A stretch of DNA of 64,000 nt from NCBI GenBank assembly GCA_016213845.1, contig JACQZN010000049.1, positions 15,574 through 79,573 on the forward strand, read 5' to 3'. The notes under the pieces were generated by a model. It saw only the letters and a list, made by a program, of their open reading frames with translations, searched no databases and was not told where the DNA came from. The position numbers and the translations under genes are program-made. Each line of letters opens with the position of its first letter. The stretch's first letter is position 1. Below, one piece after another: positions 46,024 through 53,926 of this stretch. The stretch comes from Candidatus Wallbacteria bacterium (GTDB taxonomy: Bacteria > Muiribacteriota > UBA6191 > JACPRK01).

Positions 46024-47979
46024 CTAGATTTGTTCGGTCGCGCCCACGATCGCCAGCGCCGGCCGGCCTTCCGCGGGCCCGCCGATCCGCCTCCGCAGCT
46101 CCGGCCTCACCTCGCGGGAGATCTCCCGGCGCGACAGCACCGCCAGCTCCGGGAGCCAGTGTCCGAACAGGTTCCTCACGTGCCGGCGCAGCGTCGGCTT
46201 CGTCAAGAGCACCGGGCGCAGCCCGTCCTTCTCGAAGGCCTCGCAGCCGTCCGTCAACATCCCCAGGAGCGACTGGAGCCTTTGAGGTGAGATGGCCAGG
46301 AAGTCCTCCTGGGCGACATAGGCACCCTCGAGCTCCTTCTCCAGATCATCGGCCAGCACCATCACCGGCAAGCTCCCCGCCGCCGTCCGGAGGTGGCCGG
46401 AGACCTGCCGGGCCAGCGCGGCGCGCACGCATTCCGTCAGGAGCGCAGGCTGCTTGGCCAGCTCCTTGGCGCTCGCGACGGCCTCCAGGATGCCGGCGGC
46501 GTCGCGGATGCCGACTCCCTCGGCGAGCAGCCCGCGCAAGACGGCCAGGAGCGCGCCCCGATCCACACCGTCCACCGCCTCGAAGAGCGCCGGCTTCGCC
46601 CGTCTCACTTGACTCAACAGGTCTTCCAACTCCTGACGACCCATGAGCTCGTCCGCGTAGGCTCGCACCTTCTTGGCGACGAAGGCGGCGATCCGGCCCT
46701 CGACCGGCTCTCCGGCCTCCCGGCTCCCCGGGAGACGCCCCTCCCCGACCTGCTGCCCACGCAGGTCGAGCGTGTAGCTCAGTCGCGTGAGCCCCTCGTC
46801 GACGGTGACGCTGATAGGCGGCACGGCCAGCCCCAGCTCGTCCCTGATCTGGCGCCGCACCTGCGACAGCTCGGCGTCCAGCCGGCCGCCCTTCTCCTGG
46901 AGAGCCTCGAAAACGCCTTGCGATAGCCGGACCTCTAGCGGCCGGAACCCGAGCTCCCTGGGGGCCGCGGCGGCCGTCACCTCGAGCTGGTCGGGCTCGA
47001 CGGAGAGTCCCTTCCAGGCGGCCCAGCCGAAGATCCCCGCCAGCGCGACCAGCGGCAGCCCGGCCACGCCGGCCGAAAGGCCGCAAACGGCGAGCAGACT
47101 GCCGACCACGCCCGCAGCCCCGGCCATCGGGCGGGTGCTCGAGAAAACCTGGGCGACTGTTTCGCCGGCGACGCTCTGGCCGCTGGCGCTCTTGGTGATG
47201 AGCAGTCCTGTGGCGAAGCTGATCAAGAGCGACGGCACCAGCGAGGCGAGCCCGTCGCCGACGGAAAGCAATGCGAACGTTGAGGCGACGCGGGCCCAGT
47301 CGCCGCTGTCATTCGACCAGCCGAAGACCAGCCCGGCGCCCAGGTTCACACCGAAGATGGCGATGCTGGCGATGGTCTCGTTCTTTACCCAGCGCGAGGC
47401 CCCGTCCATGTGGCCGAAGAAGTCCGATTCGCGGTGGACCTGGTCGACCCGTTCCTCGGCCTCGGCGGCGGTGATCTGGTGGCTGTCGAGCTGGGCCTGG
47501 ACCGCCATGAGCTTGTGGGGGAGACCGTCGAGCCGGAACCTGGCGGCAACCTCCGCCACGCGCTCGGAGCCCTTGGAGATGACCTGATACTGGATGCAGA
47601 CGAGGATGAAGAAGAGCACCAGTCCGACGGCCAGACTGCCGCCGACGACGAAGCCGCCGAAGGCGCGGATCAGGATTCCCTCGAACTCCGCCCCTTGCGT
47701 CAGGATGAGGCGGGTAGAGGCGACGTTCAGGCTCAGGCGGAGAAAGGTGAGCACCAGCAAGAGCGTGGGGAAGCACGACAGGTCCAGCGTGCGGCGCACG
47801 GAGCTGACCATCAGCAGGCACATCACTGCCATCGCCAGGTTCAGCACCAGGGCCACGTCCAGGAGTCTGGCCGGAATCGGGACGACCAGCACCAGGATGA
47901 TGCCGACCAGACCCAAAGGTACGAGTGACTCCGCTTGCCGCTGAAGCGCGGCGGCGTCCACGCCACATCTGTTGCTCAT
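46024..47979 (-). CDS. flhA: Divergent FlhA export gate protein
   Basis: FPTLLL..T..RLSLNVASTRLIL, RVAEVAARF.LD.LP.K, FFGHMDGA, LSVGDGL, LL.EGVGIRD, PELAVLS..EI. Confidence 0.92.
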   Translation of the reverse strand: MSNRCGVDAAALQRQAESLVPLGLVGIILVLVVPIPARLLDVALVLNLAMAVMCLLMVSSVRRTLDLSCFPTLLLVLTFLRLSLNVASTRLILTQGAEFEGILIRAFGGFVVGGSLAVGLVLFFILVCIQYQVISKGSERVAEVAARFRLDGLPHKLMAVQAQLDSHQITAAEAEERVDQVHRESDFFGHMDGASRWVKNETIASIAIFGVNLGAGLVFGWSNDSGDWARVASTFALLSVGDGLASLVPSLLISFATGLLITKSASGQSVAGETVAQVFSSTRPMAGAAGVVGSLLAVCGLSAGVAGLPLVALAGIFGWAAWKGLSVEPDQLEVTAAAAPRELGFRPLEVRLSQGVFEALQEKGGRLDAELSQVRRQIRDELGLAVPPISVTVDEGLTRLSYTLDLRGQQVGEGRLPGSREAGEPVEGRIAAFVAKKVRAYADELMGRQELEDLLSQVRRAKPALFEAVDGVDRGALLAVLRGLLAEGVGIRDAAGILEAVASAKELAKQPALLTECVRAALARQVSGHLRTAAGSLPVMVLADDLEKELEGAYVAQEDFLAISPQRLQSLLGMLTDGCEAFEKDGLRPVLLTKPTLRRHVRNLFGHWLPELAVLSRREISREVRPELRRRIGGPAEGRPALAIVGATEQI

Positions 47980-47995
47980 CGATTGCCTCCCCGGT

Positions 47996-48808
47996 TCAGG
48001 TTCGCGGGGCGCCGATGGCGCTCCCGGGTGTCGAGTTCACGATGGAGTTCGGAGTCCGGAGCTTTGCCCGCGCGCGCGGTCCGGGCTCCGCGGCGGTGCG
48101 CCGCTCGATGGCCTCGAGGATCTGTCCCCGCACGTGCGGGTCGCCCTCTGCCATCTTGAAGTCGTCCTTCACCTCGACGCGCGTCATCCGCTGCGAGGCA
48201 GCGAAGCTGGCGCGCGCCAGGAGGTGTTCGGCCGTACCGAACGCCAGCCAGGTCACCGTCAGCCAGAGCGCGAGCCGCAGTGCGCCGGCCAGCACGCCAG
48301 CCAGCTCCTGGGCCGGCGTGATCGCGGGGAATGCCGCCCAGACAAGGGCGGCGACGGCCGCGAGCTTGGCCGCGATCCAGGCTGTGTTGGCAGCCAGGTT
48401 GGGCAGCGCCAGGCGGGTCCAGGGCAGCTGGCCCAGGCGATCCAGCCTAGGGGCGAGCCGCGCTGCGGCGAAGAGCCTGGAGCCCAGGGCCAGTCGTACC
48501 GTGGCGCTGGCAGCGAACCCGGCCAGCGCCGCCGGCACGAGTAGCCTGCCCACTGGGGAAACGAAGGTCTCGAGTTGCGGTAGCCCGCCTTCGGCCGCAG
48601 CCGAAAGCCCATTGTTGGCCGCGTTCAGAAGTTCGTCGAAGGCGGCCGGACCGGCGGCGCGCATCGCCAGGAGCGCAGCCAGGAACGCCAGCGGATGGGC
48701 CAGATTCGACGCCTCGGCCTGCTCGCCGGCGGTGGCCGCGCGGCGCAGCCTTCGCTGGGTCGGCTCCTCCGTGCGGCTGTCGTCCAGCAGCGGCAGGAGA
48801 TCGATCAT
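47996..48808 (-). CDS. flhB: Divergent, C-terminally truncated FlhB (270 aa)
   Basis: RTEEPT.RRL N-terminus; RMTRVEVKDDFK.AEGDP.VR; no NPTH motif or downstream domain; ATG overlaps the fliR stop. Confidence 0.85.
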   Translation of the reverse strand: MIDLLPLLDDSRTEEPTQRRLRRAATAGEQAEASNLAHPLAFLAALLAMRAAGPAAFDELLNAANNGLSAAAEGGLPQLETFVSPVGRLLVPAALAGFAASATVRLALGSRLFAAARLAPRLDRLGQLPWTRLALPNLAANTAWIAAKLAAVAALVWAAFPAITPAQELAGVLAGALRLALWLTVTWLAFGTAEHLLARASFAASQRMTRVEVKDDFKMAEGDPHVRGQILEAIERRTAAEPGPRARAKLRTPNSIVNSTPGSAIGAPRT

Positions 48809-49593
48809 CGCGTCGCCTCCAGTCCGGTCGAGAGCTGCGTCGGCTCGGTCAGCGCGGCGAGCGCGGCCGGCGAGTAGACCATCGGAGCGGCAACAGCCAG
48901 GATCACGAGCATCGCCAGCGCCCGGACGCCGCCGAACGCGTCGCCCGCAGCCTCGAGCCCGGCCACGCGCGCCCCCATGGCCAGCGCCAGGTCTGCCGCG
49001 AACACCACGGCCATCAACGGCAGCACCGCGGCTGCCGCCACGTGCAGGTAGGCGCCGCCCAACCCTTCGACGGCGGCCAGCATCGCGCCTGCCGTCGGCC
49101 AGCTGCCCGGCGCGAGGAGCTGGAAGCTGCGCCCCAGGGCGGCGACGACGGCGCCGTCGGCCCCGCACTCCAGAGCGGCCGCGATTGCGGCCATCGCCGC
49201 GACGTGCCCGGCGACGCTGGCGCGGCCGCCGTCCAGGAGCGAGCAGCTCGAGGACGGCGCTGGGAGTGCCGAGGCGGCGAACAGCTCGCCCGCGTGCCGC
49301 AGAGCCTCCACGATCAGCCGCACGGGCAGCGCCAGCAAGAGCCCGATCATGAGCTCGGCGATCGCGGCCGCCAGAAGCGCCGGCGCCGACCCGGCGACCA
49401 GAGCAGGCTGCCGGCCCGACACGAGCGACGCCGCGACGGCCAGGATCAGGGCGGCGCGTACCGACGACGGCAAAACACCGCCCAGCGGTGGCGCCGCGGC
49501 GGCGACGGCTCCGGCCGTTCTGCAGGCGCAGACGATCCAGGTCTGCGCCGTCGGGGACGCGACGATCCAGGCGAGCAGGTCGAGGTCGGACAT
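48805..49593 (-). CDS. fliR: Divergent FliR
   Basis: P..VRAAL, ELMIGLLL......AL..AGE, ALGRSF..L and LP......DLAL....RVA motifs; lies between fliQ and flhB. Confidence 0.78.
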   Translation of the reverse strand: MSDLDLLAWIVASPTAQTWIVCACRTAGAVAAAAPPLGGVLPSSVRAALILAVAASLVSGRQPALVAGSAPALLAAAIAELMIGLLLALPVRLIVEALRHAGELFAASALPAPSSSCSLLDGGRASVAGHVAAMAAIAAALECGADGAVVAALGRSFQLLAPGSWPTAGAMLAAVEGLGGAYLHVAAAAVLPLMAVVFAADLALAMGARVAGLEAAGDAFGGVRALAMLVILAVAAPMVYSPAALAALTEPTQLSTGLEATR

Positions 49594-49617
49594 GGAGATG
49601 ACGGAGGGTCTAGCGTG

Positions 49618-49887
49618 TCAAAGGATGAATCGGGTAAAGTCGCCCAGGATCTCGACGGTAAGGCGGACCAGCTGGCCGAACAGGCCAGGGCCGAAGGCGC
49701 ACGCCACGGCGGCGACGCCGATGAGCTTCGGCACGAAGGCCAGGTTCGGCTCGTGAACGGACGTGGCCGTCTGCGCCAGCGAAGCCACGAGCCCGATGGC
49801 CGCGGCCATGCCGGCCAGGGGCAGCGCAAGCCTGAAGGCCATCTCCAGGTTCTGTCCGAACAGTCCCAGGATCAGATACTCGTCCAC
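49618..49887 (-). CDS. fliQ: FliQ
   Basis: GTG after GGAGG; 89 aa; GLVASLAQTATSVHEPNLAFVPKL. Confidence 0.88.
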   Translation of the reverse strand: MDEYLILGLFGQNLEMAFRLALPLAGMAAAIGLVASLAQTATSVHEPNLAFVPKLIGVAAVACAFGPGLFGQLVRLTVEILGDFTRFIL

Positions 49888-49955
49888 GTGAATCCTCCGA
49901 TAGGCCGCGGGCCAGGGCGACGGCGACGGGACCGGCCGTCGAGCCTGCCGGCGGA

Positions 49956-50648
49956 TCAGATCCGGATCGACTTGACCAGCGAGGCGACGACCAGGTGCCA
50001 GCCGTCGGCCAGCACGAACAGCAGCAGCTTGAAAGGGATGGCCAGCGAAGCCGGGTTGACGGCGGCCAGTCCAAGCGACGTCACGGTCGTTGCGACCACG
50101 AGGTCGATGACCAGGAAGGGAAGGAAGATGGCGATTCCGATCTGGAAGGCGGTCTTCAGCTCGGAGATCACGAAGGCGGGCACCAGCGCCGAGAGGCAGA
50201 CGTCCTCGCAGGACCTGGGCCTGGCCTGCCCGGCAAGGCTGGTGAAGAGCATCAGGTCGCTCTCGCGCGTCTGGTTGAGCATGAAGCGGCGGAGCGGGCC
50301 GAGCGCGTTCGTGACGGCGCCGGCAGCGTCGGTCTTGCCGGAAAGGTAAGGCGCGACGGCCTTGTCGGCGATCTGGGCGGTGACCGGCGCCATCGTGTAG
50401 AGCGTCAAGAAGAAAGCCAGCGCGGTCAAGATCCTGTCCGGCGGCGCCTCGCCGACTCCCAGCGCCTGCCGAAGGAAGGTGAGGACGAGCAGGATGCGCG
50501 TGAAGCTCGTGAGCAGGGCGAGCATCGCCGGCAGCGCCGAGAAGACGAAGCCCGCAAGAGCAATCGCCATCCAGAGTTGCTGGCCGTCCATCGACTGGAT
50601 CAGCGCCCTGAGGCCGTCGACCGATGGTGCGAGTGCGGCGATGCTCAT
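49956..50648 (-). CDS. fliP: FliP with altered gate residues
   Basis: TSFTRI..VL.FLRQALG, PAFVISELKTAFQIG..IFLPFLVIDLVVA, PFKLLLFVLADGW. Confidence 0.93.
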   Translation of the reverse strand: MSIAALAPSVDGLRALIQSMDGQQLWMAIALAGFVFSALPAMLALLTSFTRILLVLTFLRQALGVGEAPPDRILTALAFFLTLYTMAPVTAQIADKAVAPYLSGKTDAAGAVTNALGPLRRFMLNQTRESDLMLFTSLAGQARPRSCEDVCLSALVPAFVISELKTAFQIGIAIFLPFLVIDLVVATTVTSLGLAAVNPASLAIPFKLLLFVLADGWHLVVASLVKSIRI

Positions 50649-50953
50649 GCGGCTTCCTCCCCGTCCACGCTACGCAGGAGGCGGCCGGTCGAGGCCTCGC
50701 GGCCGAGTTTTTCGATGAGCTCAGCGCGGCCGTTGCCGACGCTGAGCAAGAGCTCGCGACCATCGATTTCCACGGTGACCAGGCGAACACCCTGCCCCAG
50801 CACGAGGCTGCCGGTGACCTTCATACGAGCGCCCCGAGCGGCGGCTCCTCCGCGCGTCCGCAGATATAGACCAACGACCGGCACGGCCACGACGACGGCC
50901 GCGAGCGCAATCAGCGATCGCCACATGGGTAGGACCTCCGCCTCTGTCAGCAC
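50645..50953 (-). CDS. fliO: FliO/FliZ
   Basis: Single TM, then MKV..SL.LG....L..VEI.GRELLL.V; ATGA overlap with fliP. Confidence 0.8.
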   Translation of the reverse strand: MLTEAEVLPMWRSLIALAAVVVAVPVVGLYLRTRGGAAARGARMKVTGSLVLGQGVRLVTVEIDGRELLLSVGNGRAELIEKLGREASTGRLLRSVDGEEAA

Positions 50954-50977
50954 GGTGCACTCCGTCCGCCAGGCGAC

Positions 50978-51976
50978 TCAGGCCCGGACCGCGGGCCGAC
51001 CCCTCGACCCGCTCGTTTCAGGCGTCAAAGGATTCAACCACTCCGCCGGGCTGGCGACCTCCACCAGCCTCAAGGCCAGGTAACCGTCCTCGACGACCAC
51101 CTCGCCCCGGGCCATCTCGCGCCCCAGCGCCGAGAGCGTGGCCAGCTCACCGGCCAGCCTGTCGAGCCGGATGACCTGACCGGCCCTGAGCGCGGCCAGC
51201 TCCACGAGCGGAAGGACGCTCCCGCCAATCTCCGCAGCCAGCCGGACAGAAGTGTCTTCGACTTCTTCCACCTGCTCGAGCGCATCGAGAGCAGCCGGCT
51301 CGGCCACAATCGGTTGCGGAGCTGCCACCTGGGCGGCGACCGCCGCCTGCGGTCTCACCAGCGCCGCCAGATCGCGCACCAGCGACGCCTCGCCGTAGAG
51401 CCGCAGGCGTGCCGGCCCTCCCGCACGCCTCTCCAGGTCGAAGTCGAGCGCGACCATCCCCCTATCGCCCTGGGCTGCGACCGGCCAGCATCCCGATCCG
51501 ACGCTCCACGGAGCCATTTCCACGGCGACGTTCTTCTGGAGCTCCACTCGAAAGGCGACCTCGATGTCGCGCGCAACCGAATCCATCAGCACGGCGATGG
51601 TCTCCTCGGAGCGAACCGGCCGCGTGGTGGCCACGAGCGCCAGCGCGGCCCGGGCGCGGAACTGCCCCGTCAGCTCCAGGACGACCGCCCACACACCGCT
51701 CTCCGCACAGCACTGGCGCGCAACCGACGGCGCCACCAGACCAAGCTCCGGAGGCAGCGGCTCGGCCACCCCGCCGACCGCGGCGCTCACCCGTGCAGCG
51801 GCGGCACCGAAAATCCTGTGCGCCGCCCGCGAGGCGTCGGAGAAGTCGGCCGGCGCGAACAGGGCCTGGGACACGAGAGCGATACCGTCTCCATCCTCCG
51901 ATAGCCCTCTCAGCTCCGAGTCGGAAAGGAAAGCCCTGCTCACGGTCACCTCGCTACTCAATCGGCCCTGGGACAC
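50978..51976 (-). CDS. FliY/FliN-like C-ring protein: degenerate CheC-like N-domain plus SpoA domain
   Basis: C-terminal V.L.AEIG......EL..L..GQVIRLDRLAGE....ARGEVVV SpoA motif. Confidence 0.8.
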   Translation of the reverse strand: MSQGRLSSEVTVSRAFLSDSELRGLSEDGDGIALVSQALFAPADFSDASRAAHRIFGAAAARVSAAVGGVAEPLPPELGLVAPSVARQCCAESGVWAVVLELTGQFRARAALALVATTRPVRSEETIAVLMDSVARDIEVAFRVELQKNVAVEMAPWSVGSGCWPVAAQGDRGMVALDFDLERRAGGPARLRLYGEASLVRDLAALVRPQAAVAAQVAAPQPIVAEPAALDALEQVEEVEDTSVRLAAEIGGSVLPLVELAALRAGQVIRLDRLAGELATLSALGREMARGEVVVEDGYLALRLVEVASPAEWLNPLTPETSGSRGRPAVRA

Positions 51977-52078
51977 CCTCTACTCGTGGTGTTCCGGCCC
52001 TACTGCCCGCCACCGGCGCCGCACCACGCCTGCATGGCGGCGGGGATGTTAGCACCGGGGTACTGGCGAAGCAACATA

Positions 52079-52107
52079 AATGTGACGTTTTCCTAATTTT
52101 TTGTCAA
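52079..52107 (-). promoter_or_regulatory. Putative sigma70 promoter for the export-gate operon
   Basis: TTGACA-N17-CACATT on the minus strand, inside a strongly AT-rich patch (52070-52130). Confidence 0.55.
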
Positions 52108-52367
52108 TAGGTTGCCGAAAAATAGTTGCACGCGAGGTCGCCCACGGAGGATTGGCCGCCGCCGCCCCGGAAAAATCCCCTATTCATCGGGATCCCTGCC
52201 CAACCCGCAAGGCGGGGAAAGGACCCGCGGGCGCCTCCAGAGCCGCCACCAGGACGGGCCGTCATGATCCCTGGACCCTCATCCGGAGATGAAACCTCGA
52301 CGGTTCGCTCCCAGAGCGAATTCTCGACGCCATGAGGGCGCCGGAGTTCGACCAGGCGCGGTCCGGC

Positions 52368-53867
52368 CTACTTTGCGGCCGGTTTGGTCCCGCTCAGACC
52401 ATCCAGCAGCGACTGGACCTGCTTCTTCGTCTCGGCGTCCGGGTTCAGCTTCAGGGCGGCCTCGAGCTCCTGGCGCGCCACCGTCTTGGCCGAGGCGTCG
52501 CCCGCGATGGCCTGGTCGATCTTCACGCGCGCGAGCGCCAGCCTCACCTTCGGGTTCTTCCCATCCACGGCCACCGCGCCCTGGTAGTACGCAAGCGCCT
52601 CGGCCAGCACACTCGCGGACTTGTCCTTCTTCCACTTCTCGAAGCTCTCGGAGCCCTTTTTCAAGTAGTCCGCAGCAGTCAGGCCCTTGGCCTGCCCTCT
52701 GGAGATGTCGGCCAGCTCCTTTTCACGGGCGGCCTCGCGGCGCTTTTCCGCCTGCTGCGCTTGCGCCAGGGCCAGCTGCTTGCTCAGCGCCTGGATCTGC
52801 TCGACCTTCAGCGTCGCGAAGCCGTGAAGATCGTCACCCGGGCGCGTCAGTCGGGCCACTTCTTCGTAGGCCTTCAGCGCGTCGTCGTTGCGCGAGTCGA
52901 GCTCGGCGAACCACCCGATCATGAAGTGGAACTGAGGGTTCTTCGGGTCGGCCTTGGTGCGGGATTCGTAGTAGCTCTGACTCAGGGCCCTGAGCCCGAA
53001 GTCGTCCCTGGCCAGCAGCCCGTTGTTGGCCTGCAGCGCAGCCACGTAGAGCGGAATCGCGCGCTGGTAGTTCTTCTGCTTGGCCAGCGCCACCGACTGC
53101 TCGAACTTCTGCTCCGGCGTCAGTTTGGACAGATCGGCATCGGGTGGCGCGACCGTGGCGGGGGTCGACCTCGCCGCGGACGTCGCAGGTTGCTCGGCCG
53201 CTCCCGAACCGCCGGGGCCCTGGGCATCGGCCGCCTCCACCTTGCCGCCGAAGGCCGCCTTCCCCGCCGCCGGGTCGGGCGTTGCCGCGACTGGGTCGGC
53301 CGCACCCAGATCCCGCTCCAGCTCGTCGAGACCGTCTCCTCCGCCGGCCGGCGTTGCTGGCGGAGAGGACCGCGAGCTCGCGGCTACCGGTGTGGCCGAG
53401 GAGCCTCCCTGCGCTCCCCCGGCCTGCGCGGTCGAGGCTGCCCGAGCGGGTCTGGGAACAACTGCGACGATGGCGTCCAGCCGCTTCTCCAGCGCGGCCA
53501 GCTTCTCCTGCCCGGCCTTTCCGGACGACCGCATCCGCTCCAGGAGCTTCTCGGCCAGAAGTTTCTTTCCCGACTTCTCGTAGACATCGAAAAGTCGCTC
53601 CAGGGCGCGCTCGTTCTCGGGGTCCAGCGTCAGCGCATTCTCGAAGTCGATCCCGGCCTCGTCGAGCCTGCCGGCGGCCAGGTTCTTCTCCCCGGCCTCC
53701 ATCGAGTCCTTCAGATTCTCCTCGAATGCATACTCCGGCGCGGACGACCCGGAGGTCGCAGTGGTTGCGCTCGGCGCTGCGCCGGCTTCGAACCCGCCCG
53801 ATTCTGCGGCCGAAACCCGGGCCAGCGCCAGCATCGCCACGAACAGCCCGATCCCTGGTGTGCGCAT
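52368..53867 (-). CDS. Secreted TPR protein
   Basis: Signal peptide MRTPGIGLFVAMLALARVSAAE; TPR-like FENALTLDPEN and LEAALKLNPD; Ala/Pro linker. Confidence 0.85.
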   Translation of the reverse strand: MRTPGIGLFVAMLALARVSAAESGGFEAGAAPSATTATSGSSAPEYAFEENLKDSMEAGEKNLAAGRLDEAGIDFENALTLDPENERALERLFDVYEKSGKKLLAEKLLERMRSSGKAGQEKLAALEKRLDAIVAVVPRPARAASTAQAGGAQGGSSATPVAASSRSSPPATPAGGGDGLDELERDLGAADPVAATPDPAAGKAAFGGKVEAADAQGPGGSGAAEQPATSAARSTPATVAPPDADLSKLTPEQKFEQSVALAKQKNYQRAIPLYVAALQANNGLLARDDFGLRALSQSYYESRTKADPKNPQFHFMIGWFAELDSRNDDALKAYEEVARLTRPGDDLHGFATLKVEQIQALSKQLALAQAQQAEKRREAAREKELADISRGQAKGLTAADYLKKGSESFEKWKKDKSASVLAEALAYYQGAVAVDGKNPKVRLALARVKIDQAIAGDASAKTVARQELEAALKLNPDAETKKQVQSLLDGLSGTKPAAK

Positions 53868-53926
53868 CCTCTTTCCACCTCTACCCCGCCATGGACAGCG
53901 CCGCCAGCGGGGCGTTCCGGCCTGTC

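Noticed and set aside
46024-51976. Injectisome-type (non-flagellar) T3SS of a known family
   Set aside because: fliO, a FliY-like protein, flhF and flhG mark flagellar ancestry; no sctC/D/J/N or needle genes are present
52078-52100. CRP/FNR binding site
   Set aside because: Only the TGTGA half-site matches; the second half is poor
52130-52330. Riboswitch or 6S-like RNA upstream of the export operon
   Set aside because: Only short GC-rich hairpins, no recognisable consensus, and the region lies upstream of the predicted promoter
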